NCBI GenBank assembly: GCA_964248365.1
Contig: CAXTYC010000027.1
Span: 8,623 to 72,622 of the forward strand
DNA from: an uncultured Chroococcidiopsis sp.
GTDB lineage: Bacteria; Cyanobacteriota; Cyanobacteriia; Cyanobacteriales; Chroococcidiopsidaceae
Direction: 5' to 3'
DNA length: 64,000 nt
Made by a program: the position numbers and the translations under genes. Under the pieces are notes generated by a model. It was not told the DNA's origin and did no database searches. It was given only the letters and a program-made list of their open reading frames with translations. This document shows, in pieces, positions 41,826-51,825 of this stretch; within the stretch, counting starts at the first letter, position 1; every line of letters begins with the position of its first letter.

Positions 41826-41946
41826 GAACAAAAATAATATAATATATAGCAATTTCGGCAACTGTAGCAAAAGCGCCGATTTTGAGACATTCCTCATACG
41901 AGTTAGCCAATGTGAATGGTGGGCAATGCCCACCCTACCAACTGTA

Positions 41947-42981
41947 TCAAGGTCGCACCATTACCTTAATTGCTTCTCGCCCATCCATTGCTGCATATCC
42001 AGAGGGAACGCCGTCGAGATCAACGTGAAGATCTAGCACGGGGGAAGGGTCAAGCTTACCCGCCACTACATCGGCAAGCAGTTCGGGAATGTAAGCACGA
42101 GCTGGCGCGACTCCACCGCGTAAGGTGATGTTAGACATAAACATAGTCCCTAGATTGATTGTCTCACTACCGTGAGGCACTCCCACATAGCCAATCGCAC
42201 CGCCAGGACGGGTAATTGAGATCGCCGTATCCATAGATGACTCACTACCAACGCATTCGAGTACAGACTCTGCTCCGCCCAAAGTCATTTCCTGAACTTC
42301 TGAGATAGCCTGCTGATCTCGACTTGTCACTACATCGGTAGCTCCAAAACGCCGCGCAATTTCCAGACGTTTTTCATGGCGACCAATGATGATAATGCGA
42401 TCAGCTCCCAAGCGCTTTGCCGCTAGTACTCCACACAGTCCAACAGCACCATCACCAACTACTACTGCGGTTCCCCCTTGACGCACACCCGCAGAAACCG
42501 CCGCGTGATGACCTGTCGCCATCACATCAGTAAGCGGTAGAATTGCTGTTAGCATGGCATCGTCGCCCTCAACTTCCTTGGGAATGACGACAAGAGTACC
42601 ATCGGCAAACGGCGCACGAACCGCTTCTGCTTGTCCGCCGTCATTAGACATACCCCAAAAGCCGCCTTGAACACAGGAAGTCTGTAATCCTTTGCCGCAA
42701 AATTCGCAACTGCCATCAGAAAAAGCAAAGGGAGCAAGGACGCGATCGCCTTTTTTGATATTGCGAACTTCCGATCCGACTTCCTCGATAATTCCCATCC
42801 ACTCATGACCTGTGCGCCAGCCTGGTTGCCAATTATCTAAGCCTCGGTAAAACCACAAATCCGAACCACAGATGCAAGCATGGGTAATTCGGGCGATCGC
42901 ATCGGTAGGCTGCTGAATTTTTGAATCGGGGACGTTCTCGACTCGCACATCGCCCGGCGCATGGTAAACTGTTGCTCTCAT
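41947..42981 (-). CDS. Zinc-dependent alcohol dehydrogenase family protein
   Basis: CICGSD, GHE, GDGAVG. Confidence 0.93.
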   Translation of the reverse strand: MRATVYHAPGDVRVENVPDSKIQQPTDAIARITHACICGSDLWFYRGLDNWQPGWRTGHEWMGIIEEVGSEVRNIKKGDRVLAPFAFSDGSCEFCGKGLQTSCVQGGFWGMSNDGGQAEAVRAPFADGTLVVIPKEVEGDDAMLTAILPLTDVMATGHHAAVSAGVRQGGTAVVVGDGAVGLCGVLAAKRLGADRIIIIGRHEKRLEIARRFGATDVVTSRDQQAISEVQEMTLGGAESVLECVGSESSMDTAISITRPGGAIGYVGVPHGSETINLGTMFMSNITLRGGVAPARAYIPELLADVVAGKLDPSPVLDLHVDLDGVPSGYAAMDGREAIKVMVRP

Positions 42982-43047
42982 TGAATGATCCTTGTAGTTT
43001 TTCTAGCTATTGCCGTTGATTTTTCAGGGAACTTCTGATGCCTAAAA

Positions 43048-43797
43048 TTATGATTCCTGTTCAGTTGGACGAATTAAAATTTCGTTGACATTGACGTGAG
43101 GGGGCTGGGTAACTGCATAAACAATCGCTGCCGCAATATCTTCACTTGCTAAGGGTGTAATTGATTGAATCCAGGTTTTGGTTCGTTCCTTTGCCCCAGA
43201 ATCTGTGATGTGATCGGTCAATTCTGTCGCAACTGCTCCAGGTTCAATGATCGTGACACGAATTTTCTCTTTATGAACTTCTTGGCGTAGGGATTCTGAA
43301 AATGCACCCACCCCCCATTTTGTCGCATTGTAAACACCCGTTCCTGCACGGGCTGTGCGACCTGCCACTGAGGAAATGTTGATGATATGCCCTCCACCCT
43401 GCGCTTTCATAATAGGTAGGGCTGCATGGGTAGCATACATCAAGCCCAGGAGGTTAGTGTTTACCATGCGCCGCCAGTCTTCGGTATTAGCGCCATCTAT
43501 GGAACCAAGCAGCATCACACCTGCGTTATTAACGAGGATATCCACACTACCAAAAGAGGCTTTGGCTTTAGATATCATGTCATGTGCCTGCCCATCATCT
43601 GCAACATCAGCGACAATTGGCATCGCTTGTCCGCCGCTGTCTGAAATTTGTTTTACCAGGGTTTCTAGGCGATCGCTCCGTCGTGCTACGAGGGCTACCT
43701 TTGCCCCAACAGAAGCCAAGGCGATGGCAGTTGCTTCACCAATGCCTGATGAAGCCCCTGTCACAACCGCAACTTTGCCATCTAACTTGCCAGTCAT
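43048..43797 (-). CDS. Short-chain dehydrogenase/reductase
   Basis: TGASSGIG, NNAG, YNATK. Confidence 0.95.
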   Translation of the reverse strand: MTGKLDGKVAVVTGASSGIGEATAIALASVGAKVALVARRSDRLETLVKQISDSGGQAMPIVADVADDGQAHDMISKAKASFGSVDILVNNAGVMLLGSIDGANTEDWRRMVNTNLLGLMYATHAALPIMKAQGGGHIINISSVAGRTARAGTGVYNATKWGVGAFSESLRQEVHKEKIRVTIIEPGAVATELTDHITDSGAKERTKTWIQSITPLASEDIAAAIVYAVTQPPHVNVNEILIRPTEQES

Positions 43798-43959
43798 GAT
43801 GTGCCTTAAATACTACGCTTTTTAGCCTAGTTAAGTTGCTAGATTTGATATACACCTTTAGGTTGAAGTTTAAGAACGAATTGGTATTAGTAGAGACATA
43901 GCACTGCTACGTCTTTTATGGTAGTTGTTAGTTCTGAGATCTTGCACCGATTGCAACGC

Positions 43960-44078
43960 CCGCCTGTGAATTAATTCACACTCTCATAGCCCAAGCCGGA
44001 TAAATCCGACTACAAGATCGTTTTTAGTCTACTTCAGTAGACTTTTGCTATTAGCCTTGAACTTAAGTTCAAGGCGGC
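43960..44078. repeat. Multi-hairpin dispersed repeat (CCCGCCTG...GGCGG)
   Basis: tgtgaattaattcaca, agtctac-ttca-gtagact, gccttgaacttaagttcaaggc hairpins. Confidence 0.7.
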
Positions 44079-44087
44079 TCTGGATAC

Positions 44088-45467
44088 TTATGACAATTTA
44101 AGCGGCAAACGCACCTGAAATTTAGTATTTCCAGGTTGGGAAGAAAAACTGATATCGCCTTGATGTTGCCCGACAACGCGATAGACAATGTGCAAACCTA
44201 ATCCTGTTCCTTCGCCCACACCCTTGGTAGTGTAAAACGGCTCGAAAATATGGGATTGAATTTCTGGGGGAATGCCAGGACCATTGTCAGCGATTTCGAC
44301 TAGCAAAAAGTCACTTTCGCAACTAGTACGAATCACGATTTGACCTTGTCCGTTCATCGCATCGATCGCATTATCTATCAAATTCGTCCATACCTGATTT
44401 AGTTCACTGCCATAAGCACTAAGGCGCGGCAGATTACAATCATACTCCCGTTTAACAACTACGTTACCCTTCTTAAGTTTGTGACTGAGAATTGTTAGGG
44501 TACTTTCTAGCCCTTCATGGATGTCTATTTCCTGAACTGGGGCTTGATCCATGTAGGAGTAATCTTTAACTGCCTGCACAAGGGTAGAGATCCGTGTGGT
44601 ACTATGCTCAATTTCTTCTAATAGCCCCATTTCTTGCAGCGTCACCTCTATCCAAGTCAAAACATTACTAACTAGAGAGTCGCCTACATTGTGCAAAACA
44701 TTCTCTAGCCAGTTGATATCTAGTCCGGCTGCGACGAAGGTAGGAGCTATTTTCCAGCAATTGGCAATCTCGTGGCTTTCTAGCCAGTTTATCAGTTCGT
44801 CTTCACGATCGCTTTGTGTGACTGGATCGAGTTTAACTGCTGTTTTGGCACGGGCGATCGCTTCTTTTTGCAACTCGGCAAGAAATTCTTGTTGGGCGCA
44901 ACCCAGTTTCAGCGTCAGTGGTTGCAACACCTCTACCGTCTCTCGTAATTGTCCCACTGCCCTACGACCTGCGGAAGCGGGATTATTCAACTCATGTGCC
45001 AATCCAGCCGCCAAAGTCCCCAGTGCTACCAATTTTTCTCGATGCTGTGACAGCGTCTGTACCTCTAGCAATCTTTCTGCCATCGTGCGCAGAATCTTGA
45101 TCATCACGCAAGTACAACTCGAAAGCAGTTGCCAAAATACCTGGTTTGGCAATTCTAGAATATGGCAGCGAGTAACGGCGCGACCAGCTGCCCAAAAATG
45201 CGTATCTCCTAACAACAAAGGCAACTCGCCAAACAATGTTTTCGATTCGTATGTCGCTAGAATGATTTCTTGATTGCCTACCTTCTGCGTTACCCGAAGT
45301 TCACCGTCAATCATGAGAAATACGTGTTCAGCAGGTGCGCCTTGTTCCCGATGGATTTCACCTGGTTCTCGCCATACTTCTATACCATGTTCAATTAACC
45401 ATTGCAACCGTTCATCTGGTAAATCTGCCAAAAGTGGTATTTGACGTAAAGTGTTGATGTCAAGCAT
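44088..45467 (-). CDS. Soluble histidine kinase with N-terminal cNMP-binding-like domain
   Basis: LFGELPLL; AAGLAHELNNP; LNQVWTNLIDNA; GTGLGL; no TM segment. Confidence 0.93.
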   Translation of the reverse strand: MLDINTLRQIPLLADLPDERLQWLIEHGIEVWREPGEIHREQGAPAEHVFLMIDGELRVTQKVGNQEIILATYESKTLFGELPLLLGDTHFWAAGRAVTRCHILELPNQVFWQLLSSCTCVMIKILRTMAERLLEVQTLSQHREKLVALGTLAAGLAHELNNPASAGRRAVGQLRETVEVLQPLTLKLGCAQQEFLAELQKEAIARAKTAVKLDPVTQSDREDELINWLESHEIANCWKIAPTFVAAGLDINWLENVLHNVGDSLVSNVLTWIEVTLQEMGLLEEIEHSTTRISTLVQAVKDYSYMDQAPVQEIDIHEGLESTLTILSHKLKKGNVVVKREYDCNLPRLSAYGSELNQVWTNLIDNAIDAMNGQGQIVIRTSCESDFLLVEIADNGPGIPPEIQSHIFEPFYTTKGVGEGTGLGLHIVYRVVGQHQGDISFSSQPGNTKFQVRLPLKLS

Positions 45468-45796
45468 GATTACAACTTCTATTAGTAGGCGATCGCTATT
45501 ACCATTTGTGACGCACAGAAGAATATTCGATTAATTCAGATAATTTTCCTGCCTTTCAGAGTAGTCAAGTGTATACAATTTGTGATATATACCTTCAGAC
45601 TGAAATTCAAAGATGTTGCACAAAGTCTAGATATGGTGTCGCGCCTCGACGCGGAGGCGCAAAGGTAATAAGAGAAAAGCATTACAAGTTTTGTGCGGTA
45701 TCTAAATTTAAAGTAATATCCACAAATAGAGTTTTGGCTATGTCAGTAGTTAATTGTGTGTCACTGTTGCCAGAAGGTTTTTAAAGAGTCAGTAAT

Positions 45797-47218
45797 TTAT
45801 GACAATTTAATCGGTAGCCGAACTTGAAATTTTGTATTTCCAGGCTGAGAATCAAAACGGATGTCGCCTTTGTGTTGTCCTACAATAATCCGGCGAGTAA
45901 TATCTAATCCCAATCCCGTCCCTTTGCCTACGTCTTTGGTAGTAAAGAACTGCTCAAAGATGCGTGGTTGAATTTCTGGGGGAATACCTACTCCATCATC
46001 AGCGATTTCTACCAAGATGCGTAGGGCATTGCCCTTGCCTGCGGCATCGCCTTCAACAGCTGTACGTATCCAAATAGTTCCTTTACCACCTGTTGCATCA
46101 ATTGCATTATCAATCAAATTTGTCCACACTTGATTCAATTGACTACCATAAGCACTAATTTTTGGTAAGTCACCATACTCGCGCTTGACAACAATGCTAC
46201 CTTTTTTAAGTTTATGCTTGAGGATGGTTAATGTACTATCAATTCCTTCATGAATATCAACTTCTTGTATCGGTGCTTGACCCATGAAAGAGTAATCTTT
46301 CATTGCTTTGGTTAACTCAGAAATTCGCACCGAACTCAGTTTGATCTCTTCTAATAGTCCCATCCCTGTAAGCGTGGCTTCTAGCCAATTCAATATATTC
46401 GCTAGACATTCAGGTTCTGAAAAATTAGCAACAATTTCGTCTAGCCGTTGGCTATTGAGTCCAGCTGTAACCAAGGTGGGGGCGAGTTTCCAAGCGTCAG
46501 CTACATCACGATCTTCTAGCCAGTCAGTTACTGCATCTTCTGCTTCGCTTCTGTTGATAGGATCAAGTTGGGAGGGATTTTTAGCTGTTGCAGTTGCTTG
46601 TTTGTACAAGTGTGTTAGAAATGCTAATTGTTCTTCAGTCAGTGGTTGTTGATGTAGCTTCAAAGCCAGGGTGGGTAGCTTCTGTAATATTTCGTCTAGG
46701 TTTTGTACCCCCCGTTTAGTAGCAGCTGCGGGATTATTCAACTCGTGTGCCAGACCAGCGGATAATGTACCCAGTGACATTAGCTTGGCTTGCTGTTGGC
46801 TTACGGCTTCGTGAATTTGCGATCGCTGTGCCGAAATTTTGATTATACTTTTTCGTACTTGTGGGCAAGTATCGAGCATTTCCCAAAAACCATCAGGACT
46901 CAGCTTGTATAGATGGACAGCAGTTAAAGCGCGTCCACTGGTAGGATAAGGTTCATCCAATAGTAAAATTAGTTCAGCAAAGACATCCCCAGTTCCCAGA
47001 TTAACAGCATGAGCGGATTGCCCATCAATATTTCTTGTCCACTCGGTTTGTCCATCTAGGATGATGTAAAATCCATCAGGCGGATCTCCTTGGTTAGCAA
47101 TTTGTTCTCCTGGCTGTAACCAAATTTCTGTACCTAATTGGGTCAAACATTGCAATTGATCGTCCTGTAAGTGGGCAAACAGTGGCACTTGACGTAAAGC
47201 TTCTTTTATGTTTGTCAT
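45797..47218 (-). CDS. Second soluble cNMP-domain histidine kinase (paralog)
   Basis: GDPPDGFYII, VFAELILL; SAGLAHELNNP; GTGLGL. Confidence 0.93.
   Translation of the reverse strand: MTNIKEALRQVPLFAHLQDDQLQCLTQLGTEIWLQPGEQIANQGDPPDGFYIILDGQTEWTRNIDGQSAHAVNLGTGDVFAELILLLDEPYPTSGRALTAVHLYKLSPDGFWEMLDTCPQVRKSIIKISAQRSQIHEAVSQQQAKLMSLGTLSAGLAHELNNPAAATKRGVQNLDEILQKLPTLALKLHQQPLTEEQLAFLTHLYKQATATAKNPSQLDPINRSEAEDAVTDWLEDRDVADAWKLAPTLVTAGLNSQRLDEIVANFSEPECLANILNWLEATLTGMGLLEEIKLSSVRISELTKAMKDYSFMGQAPIQEVDIHEGIDSTLTILKHKLKKGSIVVKREYGDLPKISAYGSQLNQVWTNLIDNAIDATGGKGTIWIRTAVEGDAAGKGNALRILVEIADDGVGIPPEIQPRIFEQFFTTKDVGKGTGLGLDITRRIIVGQHKGDIRFDSQPGNTKFQVRLPIKLS
46022..46045. mobile_element. 24-nt small dispersed repeat inserted into a HIP1 site (SDR5-like), in frame
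   Basis: gcg|tagggcattgcccttgcctgcggc|atcgc; removal restores GCGATCGC. Confidence 0.8.
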
Positions 47219-47265
47219 TAGACCACCTTGCTAAGAGTGTATTTATGGATTTGGGAATACTGATT

Positions 47266-47844
47266 TTATTCCACTAACATAGACTTCCGTACAGCAACAG
47301 ACGACACACACTCATATCTATATTCATGGCTGACACATCTCTTAAAAAAGTCAGCGTTTTCTTGTTTGGATACGCAGGTAAATCCAAGGGATTTAATCAA
47401 TTGAATAGATGGGATATCACGAGTGTCTATCTCGGCTGCGATCGCGGTGACTTTATAGTCATTGAAAAGATGATTTAGCAATCTTAAACATCCTTCCTTG
47501 GCGTAACCCTGTTGCCGGAATGATGGAAAAATCATGTATGCAATTGTAGCTGTTCGATTGTTATATACTGTTGCTTCTAATGTTCCTATATATATGTTCT
47601 CTTGGCGTAGCCTCACCGCCCAATTTAGCCATGCTTCTTGTTCGTCAGGCGAAAGCCTGGAAGATAGCGCACGGTATCGATTCTCCAAAACCTGCAATGA
47701 TGTAGGAGCCTCCTGCGGGATAAACTGATAAAGCTTTTGATCCTGTAATTACCTGTAAATATATGCTGCATGAGATTCGATTAGTGGCTCAAGCAACAGT
47801 CGTGAAGTCTTAAGCGTTGTTTCATTTATAATCAATTCTATCAT
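47266..47844 (-). pseudogene. GNAT (RimJ/RimL-like) acetyltransferase with internal stop
   Basis: Frame from ATG 47844 reads ...LKTSRLLLEPL...YIYR*LQDQKLYQFIP...; TAA at 47749-47751; QQGYAKE motif A. Confidence 0.8.
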
Positions 47845-47951
47845 TGTATTATTAATTTTAATAAAAAGTTAAACTATTTTGAGATAAAATGGTAAGAAAC
47901 TGATTGATAAATTAAAAGCGCGATCGCCCTTGATTTATTTTGAATTTTTAC

Positions 47952-48337
47952 TTACCATAGTTGCCTAATTGGATAAGCATCAAAAGTAGAATCAGCGCTC
48001 AAAATGGGAAGTTGCTCTACCATAGCTTTGGCAATTAAAAGCCGATTAAATGGCTCGCGGTGATGAAGAGGTAGCGTTGCAACAATATCAATATGATCTA
48101 GATTGTTCTTCAGTAAATCGATGCTGTTAAGATTAAGTTGCTGGTCTATAAATACTTGAAAGGGCTGACCAAAACTTAGTTTACCAGTGCTGTGCTTAAT
48201 TGCCATTTCCCAAATACTAGCTGTACTAAGAAGCTTCTCGTTATTTTCATCCTCAATTAGCTCCTTTACTGTAACGCTGACCTGGGACTGTCAGTGACGA
48301 ACCAAATGAAGGTATGAGTATCGAGCAGTAACCGCAT
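47952..48337 (-). pseudogene. Frameshifted PIN-domain (VapC) toxin
   Basis: MRLLLDTHTFIW...SPR then frameshift near 48280 into ...ASIWEMAIK; HRDPFDR motif degraded to HREPFNR. Confidence 0.88.
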
Positions 48338-48567
48338 TACATATAATCTTTGAAGTCATCTATTGGCTCGTCAAAATCATCTGCTATTGTGACCAAACCT
48401 TTAGCACTTCCAGTCTTAGCAGGATGACGTTTCTTCACTGGCGGCACTGGCAGGAGTTTAGCAATTGGCTGATCATCTTTTGTAAGGATGATTTCTTCAC
48501 CCTTGATAGCTGCTTCAATTAATTCAGGCAGGTGTTTAGATGTCTCAGGAATATTTATTTGTTGCAT
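48337..48567 (-). CDS. Phd/YefM-type antitoxin (DDFDEP C-terminus)
   Basis: LPELIEAAIKGEEIILTK..PIAKL; GSAKG...DDFDEP; TAATG overlap with the toxin start. Confidence 0.88.
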   Translation of the reverse strand: MQQINIPETSKHLPELIEAAIKGEEIILTKDDQPIAKLLPVPPVKKRHPAKTGSAKGLVTIADDFDEPIDDFKDYM

Positions 48568-48699
48568 AGTTATAACCTCTCTATTTTTAAGAACGTAATT
48601 TTCATTTCGGTGATAAATGATAATTGGTAACTGGGATATATTACCAATTACCAATTATCAAACTTCGTTCGTTAAGCTGACAATCCAACTTGGTGCTAG

Positions 48700-48828
48700 G
48701 AGGATGTTTGAAAAGTATTGTTTTGAACTTGTAGACTCTCTAGATCCCCCTCTATCCCCCTTGGATAGGGGGGCGAGGGGGGATTGATAAGGACTTAATG
48801 TATTACGTGAGACTTTCTAAACATCCTC
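48700..48828. mobile_element. About 130-bp MITE with 17-bp imperfect TIRs and an internal GC palindrome
   Basis: gaggatgtttgaaaagt ... actttctaaacatcctc; TA beside or near both ends. Confidence 0.75.
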
Positions 48829-48840
48829 TAAAACTTACGA

Positions 48841-50508
48841 TTACAAAACTTTGCTGAGATATTGATGAACAAACTGCACACAAATTGAACCTTCACCTAC
48901 CCCAGAAGCAACTCGTTTGACTGAACCATGACGTACATCTCCGACTGCAAATACACCAGGAACATTTGTTTCTAATAAAAATGGATCGCGATCCAATGTC
49001 CATCCTTTTGGGCGATGACTATCGTGGTTTAGATCTGGTCCAGTTTTAATAAAGCCGCGTTCATCCCGCTCTACCACACCATCTAACCATTCGGTACGGG
49101 GGACAGCACCAATAAAGATAAATAGCGAAGTAGCGGGAACAATTTGGGTTTCGCCAGTTACCGCATTCTCAATAGCGATCGCCTCCAAACTTGTCTCACC
49201 TTTTGCCTCAACTACACTAGAATGTGTCTGAACAAGAATGTTTGGTGTATCTGCAATTTGGTCAATTAGATACTGTGACATACTCTTAGTCAGCGACTCG
49301 CCGCGTACCAACATCGTGACTTGACGAGCGTACTTAGAAAAGTACATCGCCGCTTGTCCAGCGGAATTTGCCCCACCGACGATATAAACATCTTCATCCT
49401 TACAAGATAGGGCTTCTGTTTGCGCTGCACCGTAGTAGACACCCGCCCCAGTTAAGTGATTAAGTCCAGGCACATTACTCAACCGTCGCCACGATACCCC
49501 AAGCCCTAAAATCAGGGCATGACAACTAATTTCTGTGCCGTTTGCTAGCTGGATAAAACGATATGGATCTTTGACACGAATGCCTGTAACTTCTTGCGGT
49601 GTGAGAATTTCCACCCCAAAACGTCTTGCTTGATCTACGGCACGTCTAGCTAAATCGCTTCCGCTTAAGCCAGAGGGAAAGCCTAGATAATTCTCAATGC
49701 GAGAGCTTGTTCCCGCTTGTCCGCCGGGGGCTTCCCGTTCAATCATGACGGTACTTAGCCCCTCGGAGGCTCCATATACCGCAGCTGCCAAACCCGCAGG
49801 GCCACCACCGACGATAATTAGGTCGTAAAATGGCTTATTAGCTTGTGTCCTAAGTCCAATTTTTTCAGCAACTTGGATATTTGTCGGTTGAAGTAGACTA
49901 GAACCGTCGGGCAAGAGAACTAAGGGTAAGCTTAAGCGATCGCAGTTGGCGTATGTAGCTAGCTGTTGTGCTTCTTCAGATAACTCGATATCTAGCCACT
50001 GATAAGGCACTTGATTTCGCGCTAGAAAGTCTTTAATTTGATGGGATTGGGGTGACCAGCGATTACCAATTACGCGAATACCTTCAAACGGTGGGCGGAA
50101 TTTCACCAGCCAGTCATCGAGCAAATCATCAAGTACGGGATATAACCGCTCTTCTGGCGGGTCCCAAGGCTTCATTAGATAGTAGTCGATTTGGGTGGTA
50201 TTAATGGCGCGGATCGCTGCATCAGTGTCTGCGTATGCTGTTAGTAATGCCCGTTTTGTGTCTGGGAACAGTTGCAAAGCCTGCTCTAGAAATTCTACAC
50301 CTGACATCTGTGGCATCCGCTGATCTACTAGAAACAGTGCCACTGGGTCATTACGGAGTTTCAATTGTTGCAATGCCTCCAGAGCGATCGCCCCTGACTC
50401 GGCTCGTAATACCCGAAAGCGATCGCCATATTCCCGCCGCAGATCTCGCGCTACTGCTTGCAAAACTTCTGGATCATCGTCAACTGTCATGATTACAGGT
50501 TTAGCCAT
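48841..50508 (-). CDS. Receiver domain / glutaredoxin-like / thioredoxin-reductase-like fusion
   Basis: VDDD, LVDQRMP, LTAY, MKP receiver motifs; GGGPAG, IENYLGFP, VGGANSA, FAVGDVR TrxB-family motifs. Confidence 0.92.
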   Translation of the reverse strand: MAKPVIMTVDDDPEVLQAVARDLRREYGDRFRVLRAESGAIALEALQQLKLRNDPVALFLVDQRMPQMSGVEFLEQALQLFPDTKRALLTAYADTDAAIRAINTTQIDYYLMKPWDPPEERLYPVLDDLLDDWLVKFRPPFEGIRVIGNRWSPQSHQIKDFLARNQVPYQWLDIELSEEAQQLATYANCDRLSLPLVLLPDGSSLLQPTNIQVAEKIGLRTQANKPFYDLIIVGGGPAGLAAAVYGASEGLSTVMIEREAPGGQAGTSSRIENYLGFPSGLSGSDLARRAVDQARRFGVEILTPQEVTGIRVKDPYRFIQLANGTEISCHALILGLGVSWRRLSNVPGLNHLTGAGVYYGAAQTEALSCKDEDVYIVGGANSAGQAAMYFSKYARQVTMLVRGESLTKSMSQYLIDQIADTPNILVQTHSSVVEAKGETSLEAIAIENAVTGETQIVPATSLFIFIGAVPRTEWLDGVVERDERGFIKTGPDLNHDSHRPKGWTLDRDPFLLETNVPGVFAVGDVRHGSVKRVASGVGEGSICVQFVHQYLSKVL

Positions 50509-51289
50509 GCGCCTTGCCTACTCCTTTTTTGAGATGCTGGTAGTTCAAGAGCCATTTACTTACAAATGGCATATTCTCCAAAAGCGAAAATCAATATTTC
50601 TGCCTCACTTTCTCTGCTGACACTCAGATGCACCTTCTTTTTTATAGGCGCTTTTCAGCCGTTACTCAACGCTGTTGGGGCTATAAATTCGTCTTTACTT
50701 CGTCCTATCTGTTTTCTTTTTAAATCATCCTTTTTGTTTGTAAATAAACACTTGCGATCATCAACTTACAAATTCTAGCTTATAACTTTGTTCTTATATT
50801 TTCCATCTCCAGTTATATTTACTATTTAAGTGCAATCGCCTATAATTTAATTCTCCTCAGCAGTCCGAGATAAAATATAGTTCCAAGTATCAATAAACTT
50901 TCTAGCTATAACCTATAAAAATAACTTTTATTGCAGTTATAAATAACTTGTAAAATCATTGATTTATGCAACAATTTCAGCTTGCAAAACCGCATTAAAA
51001 AATATTTTCCAGTTGAAAATGCAGGATATACATTAGCCCTCTTGCCAAGACGAGTGCAAGATAGAAGTAATAGTTTTAGGTTAAAAGTTAAACCTGTTGT
51101 ATTTACCTTTTGCCTTTTCACGGGCGTGGCAAGAAGTCTATTTTATGGTTCACGCGCAATAGATAATACGCCAAGTAGCAACCTACCACTTGTTGCCGCA
51201 TCAATCAATAAAATGTGAATTATATTAACAGCTTGTTCGGCTAATGTATAAAGACAACTAAAGCAACATCATTGCAGGAGATTCAGAGC

Positions 51290-51738
51290 ATGGTAAATTT
51301 CAATCGTTCTAATCAAATGGTTAGTGAGAGCATGGGAGAAGTTCGAGTACAGGTGAAGCTAACGAATGCCGTTGATGAAGAGTTAGTCAATCGAGGGGTG
51401 CTTAACCCAAATCAATTGCGTGTGTGTGAGACACAAGCACTTGTAGATAGTGGTGCAGTTCGCACTGTCTTACCGATGCGGATAGTGCAACAGCTAGGTT
51501 TGAGAATTCGGGATCAGCAGATAGCAAGTATGCTGATGGTAAAGAGCAAGCAATAGGTGTAACTAGACCTGTGATAATTCAAATAGAAGGTCGTGAGACT
51601 ACTGAAGCTGCATTAGTCACTGGTGATGTGCTGATTGGTTAGACTGTATTGGAGACGTTAGATTTACTTGTAAATTGTAAAAATCAACGTTTGATCCCAA
51701 ATCCCGCTCATCCTGACTATCCAGTGTTGAGAGTGTAG
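51290..51738 (+). pseudogene. Clan AA aspartic protease pseudogene
   Basis: ALVDSGA motif; frameshift near 51527 before YADG; TAG at 51640-51642 within LIG*TVLE.LDL. Confidence 0.85.
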
Positions 51739-51825
51739 GTAATATTTGGCGATCGCACTAGAAGAAAACAGTTTTTAAACGTCAAAATAAAAATATACCC
51801 AATTCATTAAAAAGCTATTATTTCA

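Noticed and set aside
44596..45273. 225-aa plus-strand ORF and other antisense ORFs in the track (e.g. 6902-7303, 31785-32222, 43355-43825)
   Set aside because: Shadow frames opposite well-supported genes, with no recognisable motifs.
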